Assembly: GCA_965261545.1 (NCBI GenBank)
Contig: CBDHDF010000010.1
Span: 1,043,389-1,107,388 of the forward strand
Source of the DNA: Bdellovibrionales bacterium
GTDB taxonomy: Bacteria; Bdellovibrionota; Bdellovibrionia; Bdellovibrionales; UBA1609
DNA length: 64,000 nt
Direction: 5' to 3'
The translations under genes were made by a program, and so were the position numbers. Under the pieces are notes generated by a model. It was given only the letters and a program-made list of their open reading frames with translations, ran no database searches and was not told where the DNA came from. Numbering within the stretch: the first letter of the stretch is position 1; every line of letters begins with the position of its first letter. This document shows positions 39,706-50,111 of the stretch, in pieces.

Positions 39706-40389
39706 CTATAAGGTTCGATTTCCCATTTGTTGGCGCATGCGTTTTAGGTCTTGCAACTCTTCATCAGGGAGGTGAGTGAGGCCGCCTAGGGTTTGAGCGA
39801 GGTGAAGGATATGTGCGGCATGCTCCATGCGCTCCATTCCCATATGGGCTTCTTCCAAGCTCTCACCCCAACTGAGACCTCCGTGGCGAGCCAGTATCAT
39901 CACTCTAGACTGGGGGAGATAGGGGCGAAGGGCTTTTCCCATATCTTGGGTCGCGGGGCGAGCGTAGGGCACAATAGGGATGCCGCCCGTGGCTAAAATC
40001 ACTTCAGGCAAGGCTTCACAGGGAAGCTCCGTCCACTCGGGCCTTGCAATGGACCAGGCAATGCAATGGGGAGGGTGAGCGTGAATCACTGAGTGAGCTA
40101 AGGGGCATTCTTTGTAAATAGCAAGATGCATAAGTCTTTCACTGGAGGGTTCGCCTGAGATCACGTCATTGTTGAGAGTGATCATAGATATGTCGTTAGG
40201 GTCTATTAAAGCTTTGGGTTTGCTCGATGGAGTGATAAGAACTACTTCTTCACTCAAGCGATAACTAACATTACCATCTCCTGCCGCCAGCATATTTCGT
40301 TGGTGGAGATATCCACAGATTTCCACCATTTTCAATCTGATGAGGGTCTCAACACTTCCTGTCTCTTCAAAAGGTTCTATATTTCTCAT
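39706..40389 (-). CDS. Class II aldolase/adducin-family protein
   Basis: GNVS, ITPS, PSSE..MH, HAHP and HG metal ligands. Confidence 0.85.
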   Translation of the reverse strand: MRNIEPFEETGSVETLIRLKMVEICGYLHQRNMLAAGDGNVSYRLSEEVVLITPSSKPKALIDPNDISMITLNNDVISGEPSSERLMHLAIYKECPLAHSVIHAHPPHCIAWSIARPEWTELPCEALPEVILATGGIPIVPYARPATQDMGKALRPYLPQSRVMILARHGGLSWGESLEEAHMGMERMEHAAHILHLAQTLGGLTHLPDEELQDLKRMRQQMGNRTL

Positions 40390-40455
40390 ATTTTTCTATT
40401 TCTCATATTTTATCATGACGCTATCATGGCGTTTTTTTAAAATTGGACTTTCTTG

Positions 40456-40995
40456 TTAAAATTGACTTCCTTGGCTCCACATAAATTCGGAAAGGGATTT
40501 GTATTGGTTAAGTTTTAAAGGAGTTTCAAAGTCTTTGATATCTTCAAGCAGTTTTTGCTTTTTGGGGTTGCTGTTAGCTAGGGATATAGTTTGCATGAAT
40601 TCAAAGAACTTTTCCCGTATTTCTTTATCAATGAGGTGTTCCATGAGGCAAGCCCCCTCTTTGGCTTTTTCTTCTTGGACATTGAGGAAGTCTTTAAAAA
40701 ATGAGTAGAGGAGAACGCGACTTGTGAGTATGTGGTGAACTTCCTCGTGACCCCTTTCTGATAAAGTGAGAAACTTGCTGTTTTCTTCCTCTTGAACAAG
40801 CCCTTTGTCCTTGAGACTATTGACAGCTATGGAGACGGAGCCTTTGGTGACTTGAAGTTCTTTGGAAATATCTGTCACTCGTGCATAGCCTTTGCTCTCT
40901 TTGAGGTGGTGGATGACAAGTATATAGTGAGCCATGGAGTGGCTTAACCTATGCTTTTGCTCTTTGGTTGGGGGGCGGCTAAGTGGCAAAGACAA
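40456..40995 (-). CDS. DtxR/MntR-family metal-dependent regulator
   Basis: ARVTDISKELQVTKGSVS HTH and ACLMEH. Confidence 0.85.
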   Translation of the reverse strand: MSLPLSRPPTKEQKHRLSHSMAHYILVIHHLKESKGYARVTDISKELQVTKGSVSIAVNSLKDKGLVQEEENSKFLTLSERGHEEVHHILTSRVLLYSFFKDFLNVQEEKAKEGACLMEHLIDKEIREKFFEFMQTISLANSNPKKQKLLEDIKDFETPLKLNQYKSLSEFMWSQGSQF

Positions 40996-41341
40996 GAGGC
41001 TCCTGTTTCCTGCTTAAAGGCATCATAAGGCTATCATATTAATATTTAGAGACATCTAGAGACATCAGATGAGGGACACCCAAAGATAATTCAATTTAAT
41101 GAATGTCTCAATAAATGTAATGTCAATGAATGCAGGTGATGAAAAGTAATCACACCTTGCAGTACATTAAGACTTTTTTGAAGTCACTTACAAATAAAAA
41201 CGCGTCGCATTGTTTTTGTAGGAGGTGTAGAAAGTTAAGAATTTGACTTTGGTCTTAAGCCCGTCTAGTCTCATGGACCATGGAATCATTGCACTTAATA
41301 TTCTTGTGTGCTTCTTAATCTTGATTCTTGATTTAGGGTGT

Positions 41342-41418
<77 letters not shown>

Positions 41419-41602
41419 TTTCTTCAGTTGAACAATCAGTCGAGAAAAAAAACAGTCAAAAAGTAAAGATGCTCTGCAGAGATTTTCCTTAAAAGGCCTC
41501 CCCTTTGGTCTCAAAGCTTTCTTCTTCATTGCCTTGGAGCACAACACTAAGGATAATTTTGTCTATGAACTATGATCGAACCCTTTAAAAGGAGGAATTT
41601 GC

Positions 41603-42289
41603 GTGTTAACAGATTCGTTTTTCACTATCGCCCAGGTTGGTCATGACGCTACATTGTGGGTTCTTGTCACTCTTAGTGTTTTTAGCATTGCCTTTATTTT
41701 TGAACGCTTTATTGCCCTAGGAAGGGTCAAGAGGCAAAGGAAAAGGGCTATGACGCGGATGAGAGAGGTTCTTCAAAACAATAGCTTTAAAGGGCTTGAG
41801 GACTTGACACAAGACAAAGAAAGCTTGGAGGGGCGCGCCCTCGATTGTGGTTTGAAGCATTTAAAATCTCATGGTTCCCATGGCCTTGAAGAAATATTTT
41901 CTAGCGTGGCCCTTACTGAAAGACCTCGTTTGGAGAGGTCTTTAAACTTTCTTGCCACTGTGGGGTCCAATGCTCCCTTTATTGGTTTGTTGGGGACTGT
42001 TTTTGGTATTATGGATGCCTTTAGGGCTCTTGCAACCAGTGAAGGTGACCCCAACGTGGTGATGATTGGTATTTCTAAGGCCCTTGTGGCCACGGCAGTG
42101 GGGCTGCTTGTGGCCATACCTGCTGTGATTGCCTATAATTACTTTCAAAAGCAGGTGAGAAGTTCCCTGCAAAGCTTGCAGGGTATTCAGAGTCTTTGCA
42201 TTGCTTACAGCAGCAGTAGTAACAACCGCAGTGACGACAACTGCAGTGGTGACAACAGTGGCGGCAACAACAAGAATAAACAGGGGTAA
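41603..42289 (+). CDS. MotA/TolQ/ExbB proton channel protein
   Basis: NAPFIGLLGTV and ALVATAVGL.VAIPA; GGAGG SD. Confidence 0.92.
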   Translation: MLTDSFFTIAQVGHDATLWVLVTLSVFSIAFIFERFIALGRVKRQRKRAMTRMREVLQNNSFKGLEDLTQDKESLEGRALDCGLKHLKSHGSHGLEEIFSSVALTERPRLERSLNFLATVGSNAPFIGLLGTVFGIMDAFRALATSEGDPNVVMIGISKALVATAVGLLVAIPAVIAYNYFQKQVRSSLQSLQGIQSLCIAYSSSSNNRSDDNCSGDNSGGNNKNKQG

Positions 42290-42296
42290 GAAGACT

Positions 42297-42704
42297 ATGG
42301 CTACAAAAATAAGCGAGAACGATGATGGACCTATGGCGGAAATCAATATTGTTCCCTTTGTGGATATTATACTTGTTGTTCTTATTATTTTTATGGTAAC
42401 AACACCTTTCATCATGAAGCCAAGTATCAATATCAATCTACCCAAGGCGGCCAGTGGTTCCAAAACCACCCCCTCTCAACTCACCATTACCATTGGCTCT
42501 AGTGGGGAAACTCTGCTCAACGGGAAAGTTATGACAGATGCTGAAATTGGCCAAAAAACCCTTGAGGTTCTTTCAAAAAAACCAGATATTCAGGCGATTA
42601 TATCTGCAGATAAGGAGGTGCCCCATGGAAAGGTTGTCAGTATCATTGATCTTGTCAAGACAGTGGGGGTTAAGAAATTTGCCATCACCATTGAAAAGAA
42701 ATAG
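42297..42704 (+). CDS. ExbD/TolR family protein
   Basis: EINIVPFVDIILVVLIIFMV and ADKEV. Confidence 0.92.
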   Translation: MATKISENDDGPMAEINIVPFVDIILVVLIIFMVTTPFIMKPSININLPKAASGSKTTPSQLTITIGSSGETLLNGKVMTDAEIGQKTLEVLSKKPDIQAIISADKEVPHGKVVSIIDLVKTVGVKKFAITIEKK

Positions 42705-42710
42705 AGCCCT

Positions 42711-43199
42711 ATGATTACTTCCATTTTTGAGAGCATCAAGCATGTTGGCTACCTTTTCCCCATTTCTTTCTTAAGAATTTACTTAGGTTATATTTTTTTT
42801 GAAAGTGCTCTACGCAAGTTTCGTGAAGATTATTTTGACTACCCCCACTTGGCGGCATCCATTTCGGAATGGCTACCTACAAGCTCGGCTCCCAATTGGT
42901 ATCAAGAATTTTTGATTGTTTTTGTCATACCTGATCCCAACTGGAAGGTCTTTGCCTATCTTATTACCTACTGTGAACTGCTCATTGGAGTGAGTCTTCT
43001 CATGGGCTTTCTGGTGAGGCCCCTTTCTATTTTGGGAATTCTTTTGTCCGTTCATAGTATTTATGCACATGGTCAACCTGCTGTTGAAGTTCATCAAACT
43101 TTTCTTGTCCTTTTCATCGTCACTTTGTGGATGGGAGCTGGTCGGAGCTTGGGTTTGGATTATTTCTTTTATAAGCGTCAACGCGGTTGGCTGTGGTAA
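42711..43199 (+). CDS. DoxX-family membrane protein
   Basis: LRIYLG, ELLIG..L..G...R and GAGRSLGLD. Confidence 0.8.
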   Translation: MITSIFESIKHVGYLFPISFLRIYLGYIFFESALRKFREDYFDYPHLAASISEWLPTSSAPNWYQEFLIVFVIPDPNWKVFAYLITYCELLIGVSLLMGFLVRPLSILGILLSVHSIYAHGQPAVEVHQTFLVLFIVTLWMGAGRSLGLDYFFYKRQRGWLW

Positions 43200-43206
43200 A
43201 TCTCTT

Positions 43207-44256
43207 ATGTTCCGAATTTTGTTATGTGCATTGTGTATACTGATTGCTTTCTCTGCTGTGGCTTTTTATTTTTTGTCTTTTTATCCTTACAAAGACCTTC
43301 AACATCAAGACCTTCAACATCAAAATCCTCAATATCAGGGTCCCCTTCCACAATTGTCTATTATGGTCCATTCTTCTTTTGCCAGTGAATTTGGCCCCGG
43401 TCCCCCCTTAAAAAAAGAATTTGAAAAGAATTGTCAATGCATTCTCCGGTATAAAAACGCTGGTGATGCAGGATTTATCGTCAAAAAACTTCAATGGGGC
43501 TTCAAGGCTGATATTGTGATGGGCTTGGATCCATTTAGTATTATGCAAATGGGTGATTCCATTGGGTGGAAGAAAACAGGCATTACAAAAACATGGAATA
43601 AGCATGTAAAACCCATTCAAAACTTTCTCCCTTACGACTGGTCCCCTATGACATTTATTTATCGTCAAGGAGAGGTGACCCCTCCCTCATCATGGTCTCA
43701 GCTTTTGTCACAAAAAGAGTATAAAATCAGCCTTCAAGATCCTCGTTCTAGCACCCCAGGGCTTCAGTTTCTTTGGTGGCTTTACCATCTTGGTGGCTAT
43801 CAACCACTTTCAAAGACCTTGTCCACTGTTCATCCTACCAATTATAGAGTTTCTCCCTCTTGGTCTACCGCCTATGGCCTCTTTAAAGCTCAAAAAACCC
43901 ATATGGCTTTTTCTTACTTAAGTTCTCTTCTTTATCATTGGAATGAAGAGCAGGACTTTCGCTACCAAGCGGTTTCTTTGGACTCGGGGCATCCGCTTCA
44001 AGTTGAATACATGGGAATTTTGGCAAGTACTTCCAAGGAAGCCTTGGCCAAGAAATTTATTCATTGGCTCTTATCTCCTACGGGACAGTCTATATTGGTA
44101 AAATACAACTTTATGTTTCCGTCTGTGAAGGGGGCTGTGAAGAATCTTTCTTCAAAGCCTCTTCCCAAGCTGAAGATTCTTGTCCATCATGATCAATCGT
44201 GGCAAAATTTTGTTGCTTATTTGGATGAACACCTCGCAGCTTGGAAGAAACATTGA
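43207..44256 (+). CDS. thiB: Thiamine ABC transporter substrate-binding protein
   Basis: HSSF...GPG, DPRSSTPG, WSTAYGLF, QVE and NFMFP. Confidence 0.8.
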   Translation: MFRILLCALCILIAFSAVAFYFLSFYPYKDLQHQDLQHQNPQYQGPLPQLSIMVHSSFASEFGPGPPLKKEFEKNCQCILRYKNAGDAGFIVKKLQWGFKADIVMGLDPFSIMQMGDSIGWKKTGITKTWNKHVKPIQNFLPYDWSPMTFIYRQGEVTPPSSWSQLLSQKEYKISLQDPRSSTPGLQFLWWLYHLGGYQPLSKTLSTVHPTNYRVSPSWSTAYGLFKAQKTHMAFSYLSSLLYHWNEEQDFRYQAVSLDSGHPLQVEYMGILASTSKEALAKKFIHWLLSPTGQSILVKYNFMFPSVKGAVKNLSSKPLPKLKILVHHDQSWQNFVAYLDEHLAAWKKH

Positions 44257-44261
44257 AATTT

Positions 44262-45731
44262 ATGTCACCTGTGATTCGTTTTCTAATTATTTTCGTGCTT
44301 TCTTTTCCTACTTTTGCTCTTTTATTTCTGACCCAAAATGTGATCCAAGAATGGGAATGGCTTTCGTGGAGCGAATGGCTTTCTGTTTTGGGGTTTACGA
44401 TTCTTCAAGCTTTTCTGAGTGCTTTTTTTTCTCTCCTTTTTGGTTACTGGAGTGCGGGTTCTATTTTGAAAAGAAAGGGGGCTGTGAGAGTCTATTTAGA
44501 AATCTTCTACCTCATTCCTAGCATTATGCCGACTCTCTTTGTAATTATATCCACAATGAGTGTTTTTAATCTGATGGGAGAACTCCCCGAGGGTCTTGTG
44601 GGCATTGTTATTCTGCATGGCGTTATTCATATAGGGCTTGTCTCCATAGCTCTTGCAAATGCCATGGAATACAGATTGGGGAACTTAGCCGACCTCGCTC
44701 GTATTGATGGGGCCAATCATTTTCAGTTTCACCTTAAAGTCTTGCTTCCCCTTTTAAAGAGAGAAATACTTCTCATCGGTTTTCTTGTTTTTTCCACATG
44801 TTTTGCAAGCTTTTCCATTCCCCTTGTGGTGGGGGGGCTCCAGGGAACCACCATAGAAGTTCTTATTTACGAAAAAATGAGAGATATTCAGGGTGGGTCT
44901 GCCGCTATTTATCTATCCCTTTTACAAGTAGGTCTCCTTTTTGTTTTTTCCTTTTTCATTGGCCCATTAAAGTCCACCCCCCCAAAGATTCCGGTCAGGG
45001 GGTTGACCCATTGGTGTCTCCCTTTTGCCATGGTTCCTGGAGTGATTTGTGGTGCATGCGTTCTTTTGGGTCAATTTTGGCAAATTCCCGAGGGGCTTCG
45101 TCAATGGAAGCATTTAGAGCTTAATTTTTCATGGCTTTGGCCCTTAGTCTGGCAGAGCTTTGCTATTAGTGGGGGTGTGGGCTTGCTTCTCTTGATAATC
45201 TTGGGACTCATTCTCTATGGCCTCCCCTCAAAGTGGTTTCAAAAATACCTCATTGGTTATACTTCTCCCAGTGCCGCCCTCACTGGGCTTGTTTTTTCCA
45301 TTCTCGCCATGGGTGAGTGGATTCCTTGGAAGCTTGTTGCTGGTATAGCTATTATTAGCCTTCCTTTTTGTTATAGGTTTATTGTCGATTCAGCAATTCA
45401 TTCTCTTAAAGGGCAAATACAAGTGGCTCAAATCATGGGGGCAAGCCATGGATTCATATTTAGAAATGTTGTGTGGCCACAAATGAGTGTGACTTGTGGA
45501 ACAGCGGCGGGGCTAGGGGCCCTTTGGGCCTGTGGTGATTTCGCCTTTTCTTCCATGGTGGCAGAAAGCGAAATAACTTTGGCTCTTAAAATAAAGAACC
45601 TTTTAAATTCCTACCGGCTAGAGTTATCTGTTCTCCTTTCTTGGGTTATGTTAATCTGTGGTGGCATTTTATTTTTATGTCTTAGGAGTTTAGGTTATGT
45701 CACTCGTAGAGCACTTATATGTCGACTATGA
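44262..45731 (+). CDS. thiP: Thiamine-type ABC permease (two-repeat)
   Basis: FTILQAFLSA, two EAA-like loops and TTIEVLIY. Confidence 0.7.
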   Translation: MSPVIRFLIIFVLSFPTFALLFLTQNVIQEWEWLSWSEWLSVLGFTILQAFLSAFFSLLFGYWSAGSILKRKGAVRVYLEIFYLIPSIMPTLFVIISTMSVFNLMGELPEGLVGIVILHGVIHIGLVSIALANAMEYRLGNLADLARIDGANHFQFHLKVLLPLLKREILLIGFLVFSTCFASFSIPLVVGGLQGTTIEVLIYEKMRDIQGGSAAIYLSLLQVGLLFVFSFFIGPLKSTPPKIPVRGLTHWCLPFAMVPGVICGACVLLGQFWQIPEGLRQWKHLELNFSWLWPLVWQSFAISGGVGLLLLIILGLILYGLPSKWFQKYLIGYTSPSAALTGLVFSILAMGEWIPWKLVAGIAIISLPFCYRFIVDSAIHSLKGQIQVAQIMGASHGFIFRNVVWPQMSVTCGTAAGLGALWACGDFAFSSMVAESEITLALKIKNLLNSYRLELSVLLSWVMLICGGILFLCLRSLGYVTRRALICRL

Positions 45732-46335
45732 AAATTTTAGGCTTCATATTCCTTTCTGGGAATTTCCAGACCAAGGTGTAACTGCCTTATGGGGGCCTTC
45801 GGGCAGTGGTAAAACAACGATTTTTCGCATACTCATGGGCCTTGAAAAATGTCCCCGTCTCAAATGGGTTCACAAAGGAGAGGATCTCGCCAAGAAGCCT
45901 GTGGAAAAAAGAAGACTTGGAGTGGTTTTTCAAAATTATGAAATCTTTCCCCACATGACAGTTCAAGAGAATATTCTCTTTGCCGTTCGAGCAAGGAATG
46001 TTCAAAACTCTGATTGGAGGAGTCTTGTTGACCATCTTCAATTGTCCAAACATTTAAAGTCTAAGAGCGACCAACTTTCTGGGGGGGAAAGGCAACGGGT
46101 GGCTCTCGCACGAGCCCTTGTGGGCCAACCAAGGATTTTGTTGTTAGATGAGCCCTTTTCATCTTTGGATCAAGCCATAAGGGAGGAGGCGAGACAGCTT
46201 GTTAAAAATGTGATTAAAGATTTAAATATTCCCACACTTCTTATCACCCATGATTTTGAAGATATATCAGTCCTTGCGAATCACAAAGTAAAGATCAAAG
46301 ATATCTCACAAAGCGATTCTTCAATTTCATCATAG
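45697..46335 (+). CDS. ABC ATP-binding protein, ThiQ-like by context
   Basis: GPSGSGKT, LSGGE and LLLDEP. Confidence 0.88.
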   Translation: MSLVEHLYVDYENFRLHIPFWEFPDQGVTALWGPSGSGKTTIFRILMGLEKCPRLKWVHKGEDLAKKPVEKRRLGVVFQNYEIFPHMTVQENILFAVRARNVQNSDWRSLVDHLQLSKHLKSKSDQLSGGERQRVALARALVGQPRILLLDEPFSSLDQAIREEARQLVKNVIKDLNIPTLLITHDFEDISVLANHKVKIKDISQSDSSISS

Positions 46336-46833
46336 GGGCGAAAGGGGTGCCATTTGGCGGAGCCCTTCTCCAAGGGCCATAGAAACAGTGTTGGCGAGGT
46401 TGAAACTTCGGATGGGGCCTAGAAAGGGAATTTTTACCAATTGATTTTTATAAGTGGCTATTATTTCGGGGGGAAGGCCCCTTGTTTCAGAGCCAAAAAC
46501 GAGGAAATCTCCTCTACGAAGCTTTATATCATAAAAGTTTTTTTTTGCTTTTGTGGAAAAAAAGAAGATCCTTTCAGGTTGATTCACTTGATTCCACCAT
46601 TGGCTCCAGTTGTTGTATTGGGACCAGTGGAGGTGAGGCCAGTAGTCTAGTCCCGCTCGCTTAACTTGTTTATCGGAGAGTTCAAAGCCCAGTGGTCCCA
46701 CAAGATGCAGATGAGAGCAAGTGCCCACACAGGTACGTCCAATATTCCCTGTATTTTGGGGAATTTCTGGTTTCACAAGGACCACATGAAAGAGAGGCTT
46801 TGTATTAGAATGAAAAGAAGATTTAGATTTCAT
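46330..46833 (-). CDS. trmL: tRNA (cytidine/uridine34-2'-O)-methyltransferase
   Basis: PEIPQNTGNIGRTC, RAGLDYW, FGSETRGLP and RSFNLAN. Confidence 0.9.
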   Translation of the reverse strand: MKSKSSFHSNTKPLFHVVLVKPEIPQNTGNIGRTCVGTCSHLHLVGPLGFELSDKQVKRAGLDYWPHLHWSQYNNWSQWWNQVNQPERIFFFSTKAKKNFYDIKLRRGDFLVFGSETRGLPPEIIATYKNQLVKIPFLGPIRSFNLANTVSMALGEGLRQMAPLSPL

Positions 46834-47066
46834 TTTAGGGATTATATATAATATGTATAAAGGACTTGTCACTTGTTCATAGGAGGGAGGGGGAACAAAG
46901 GGCCACAAGAGGAGAATTGAAGGGATTTGGCACATTGTTTATAGCTCATTTCTTGACTTTGTAGACTTGCGAGGGCATTGAAATAAGAAGAACCTTGAGG
47001 ATTTTGACTTTGTAAATTATTGTAAATCAATTGAGTTTGTGAATCCATAGGCAAGTTGGGAACTAA

Positions 47067-48446
47067 ATGTCTGTATATGTCAATCGCACTTTGAATATGA
47101 AAAGCATTCAATATGTTGGTTTGGATATGGATCACACATTGGTGAGGTACCATAGTGAGCCCTTTGAACACTTGGCTTACAAAAATATACTCAAGCGCCT
47201 TGTCAGTGATCTTGATTATCCGAAGTCCATTTTAAATCTTCAGTTTGACTATAAGCGTGCCATTCGAGGACTTATCATTGATAAGCAGGGGGGGAACTTA
47301 TTAAAGGTGAGTTGTTTTGGTGCTATTCGTGTGAGTTATCATGGGTCGAGGTTACTGGATTTTAAAACACAAAGATATCTCTTTAAAAATAAGTATATTG
47401 ATTTGAGAGATCCTCAATTTGACCCTGTAGATACAACTTTTTCTATTTCTTTTGCAACTTTATTTGCTCAACTGGTGGATTTAAAAGATGGAACTGAAGC
47501 TCACAATTTACCTGAATATAGCCAGATTGCAGATGATATCACGGAAACGCTAGACAAGATTCATAATGATGGAACATTGAAGAGTATTGTGACTGCGAAT
47601 ATAAGTAATTATATTGTTAAAGATGAACGTATTGTTGAGGGACTTGAGAGATATATTCAGCATGGGAAAAAATTTTTTATTATTACAAATTCTGATTTTA
47701 ATTACACAAAGACATTGCTTGATTATGCTATTGACCCTTTCTTGAAGAGCCATAGTAGTTGGATGGATCTATTTGAATATGTTATTGTTTCTTCACAAAA
47801 ACCTAGGTTTTTTTATGACAACTCTCAATTTTTAAAAATAGATCCTAAGACAGGATTGATGAGTAATATCAGTGGCTCTCTTCAACCAGGTATTTATCAA
47901 TCTGGATGCGCCCCTTTTTTTACAAGTAACCTAAAATTAAATCCCAGTGAAATATTATACATTGGTGATCATATTTATGCAGATGTTCTTCGATTAAAGA
48001 AAGATTGTGCGTGGAGAACAGGTCTTATTGTGGAGGAAATTGAAGATGAAGTGAATATGAATCGAGCGGCTTCAGATATTTACAAGGAAATTTCAGCCCT
48101 TATGGATAAGAAATTTTATATGGAATTGGAGCTAGATGATATGATTTCATATCAGATTGAGAATAGGTACTTAGATTATTCTAATGATGTTTATAGTAAT
48201 ATTGATAAGTACATTGGTGATATCAAAAACATCGGTCAAGAAGTCTCTGGACTCACTCAAAAGAGACAAGAATTTTTTAATCCATATTGGGGTGAGGTTA
48301 TGAGGGCAGGAACAGAAGAAAGTTATTTTGCTTATCAAGTGGAAAGATTTGCATGTGTTTATATGTCTAAGTTATATGATTTTCTGTCAAAGTCTCCGAG
48401 ATTTTACTTTAGGTCTTTTCAACGTCAACTTCCTCATGATGAATAG
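47067..48446 (+). CDS. HAD-IG 5'-nucleotidase (cN-II-like)
   Basis: GLDMDHTLVRY, ITNS, KPRFF and GDHIYAD. Confidence 0.9.
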   Translation: MSVYVNRTLNMKSIQYVGLDMDHTLVRYHSEPFEHLAYKNILKRLVSDLDYPKSILNLQFDYKRAIRGLIIDKQGGNLLKVSCFGAIRVSYHGSRLLDFKTQRYLFKNKYIDLRDPQFDPVDTTFSISFATLFAQLVDLKDGTEAHNLPEYSQIADDITETLDKIHNDGTLKSIVTANISNYIVKDERIVEGLERYIQHGKKFFIITNSDFNYTKTLLDYAIDPFLKSHSSWMDLFEYVIVSSQKPRFFYDNSQFLKIDPKTGLMSNISGSLQPGIYQSGCAPFFTSNLKLNPSEILYIGDHIYADVLRLKKDCAWRTGLIVEEIEDEVNMNRAASDIYKEISALMDKKFYMELELDDMISYQIENRYLDYSNDVYSNIDKYIGDIKNIGQEVSGLTQKRQEFFNPYWGEVMRAGTEESYFAYQVERFACVYMSKLYDFLSKSPRFYFRSFQRQLPHDE

Positions 48447-49305
48447 AACCAATAGCCTGCATGTCCGAGAAAGGGTGCAAGGGATTGCTTGGGTGCACAG
48501 ACAGCCTTGCACAGGAGACGGTCTGGGTGTGAGGTGGGTGTTTGGGATTTTATCTTTTTCCATTGTCTTAAGCCTCATCTCTGTGTTTAAGTACGGTCTC
48601 AACCCTAGGTCTCTTCCCATTATCAAGCCAACCTACTTTGATAATAAGCAACAGATTGGAGCCGTTATTTTCCGTAGGCTTTTCCAAGAAGTGAGACAGG
48701 TTCGAGGGGTCTTTGTTAGGACATCTCCAAATATTAAAAATGGTGAAGATATTTGGCGTGGTTTTTTCAAAGTGGCCTTTCACCATGGTAAAAAATTCCA
48801 CCTTATTGTTCAACACCATGATGCTGAGAAGGGAATAAGTGGAGCGACGGGAATGATGGAGGATTTGCCAGATGGAGTTTCATATCTCTATATGGACTTT
48901 AAGTCTAAAGAAGAGTCAGAGAGGTTGTTGAAAGAGGCCCTTCGATCGGGGCAGAATATTTTTGTCCATGGTTCCACAGACCTTTCGGAAGATATGAATC
49001 AGTGGGAATTGGACCAATGGAATGGGGATATAAAAAATTATAGAGATATCAAAGGTCCAGGTTTTTTGACCATAACACAGCAGATTTTTGTGACACAACC
49101 TTTGGATGAGAAAATGATTCTTGAGACTTGTCCCGACCCTAGAGATGTTATCACTTATAAAGGTTGCCAGGCTCTGCATTTATCGAGGAGATATTATAAG
49201 AAAAAGTTGAGGTCAGATAGGATCTCTGCGGCCTTGGAAAGATATAAGAGAGATGAACTAACCCTTTTTGTTCATGAGCCTTTGGAGTATAAACCTTTGG
49301 AATAA
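48436..49305 (+). CDS. Hypothetical membrane-anchored protein
   Basis: Long ORF overlapping the upstream stop, one TM segment. Confidence 0.6.
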   Translation: MMNRTNSLHVRERVQGIAWVHRQPCTGDGLGVRWVFGILSFSIVLSLISVFKYGLNPRSLPIIKPTYFDNKQQIGAVIFRRLFQEVRQVRGVFVRTSPNIKNGEDIWRGFFKVAFHHGKKFHLIVQHHDAEKGISGATGMMEDLPDGVSYLYMDFKSKEESERLLKEALRSGQNIFVHGSTDLSEDMNQWELDQWNGDIKNYRDIKGPGFLTITQQIFVTQPLDEKMILETCPDPRDVITYKGCQALHLSRRYYKKKLRSDRISAALERYKRDELTLFVHEPLEYKPLE

Positions 49306-49384
49306 AGTACTTTTAAGGTATTGAGAAAACTTATACTTTTATCTCTTTCATGACCCTTTTCAAGACTGTCTATTTCACACCTCC

Positions 49385-50110
49385 TTATTCAGTTTCTTGA
49401 TCGATCCTGGTTTCTTGCTCAGTTTCTTCCTCGGCCTCTTGCTTGGTTTCTTGATCGGCTTCTTCTCTTCTCCATGTGTCTGTGGCTCTCAACTGTTTGG
49501 AAAATGCCTTTGTTCTCTCAAAAAGAGCCTTCATATTTTCTTTGATTTGTCTTTGTGAGACCGTATTGTATATGGCCGATTTGCTAAACCTCGATTTCCC
49601 AATGGTGATACCAGCTCGAAGGTGAATCTGCTTGTTCTTCTGGCTCTCTGTTTGAATAGTCAGATGGATATCATAAATCTTTCCCTTTGTAGCTTTAGGT
49701 ATACTACCAATTTGGGCACCTTCAACAATTTGAACCTCCTTGGGGATGTGCCATTTAAAGTCTATAGCCGGTGCGTTTTGTCGAAGGTGAATATATCCTA
49801 CGAGCTTGAATGGTTGCCCTGGTACAAAATCCTCACCTTTGACTTTCTGAATTTTAACGTTAATGGGAGATGACAGCTTCTCCGTGTGGCGAAGGGTGTT
49901 GCCGTAGGAGAGGTCGTGAGCAGCCACAAAGCGTTTTTGCTTGCTTGAAGGACCTTGCTTGCTCAAGTGTTCCTGTTGACTCGAAGGATTTAAGACGGAT
50001 GCTTTCCAAAGAAATTTTTGAGAGAAGAAGCAGGCTAAGATCAAGAAGCCTGCTCCAAGGGGAGCCAATAATAAAGAAATTACTTTTACAGAAGGATTGT
50101 ATTTTTTCAT
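49385..50110 (-). CDS. Hypothetical membrane-anchored protein
   Basis: N-terminal TM; starts 1 bp after the upstream stop. Confidence 0.65.
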   Translation of the reverse strand: MKKYNPSVKVISLLLAPLGAGFLILACFFSQKFLWKASVLNPSSQQEHLSKQGPSSKQKRFVAAHDLSYGNTLRHTEKLSSPINVKIQKVKGEDFVPGQPFKLVGYIHLRQNAPAIDFKWHIPKEVQIVEGAQIGSIPKATKGKIYDIHLTIQTESQKNKQIHLRAGITIGKSRFSKSAIYNTVSQRQIKENMKALFERTKAFSKQLRATDTWRREEADQETKQEAEEETEQETRIDQETE

Positions 50111-50111
50111 T

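Noticed and set aside
41420..43206. TPP riboswitch upstream of thiBPQ
   Set aside because: No recognisable THI-box motif; thiB follows doxX after only 7 bp.
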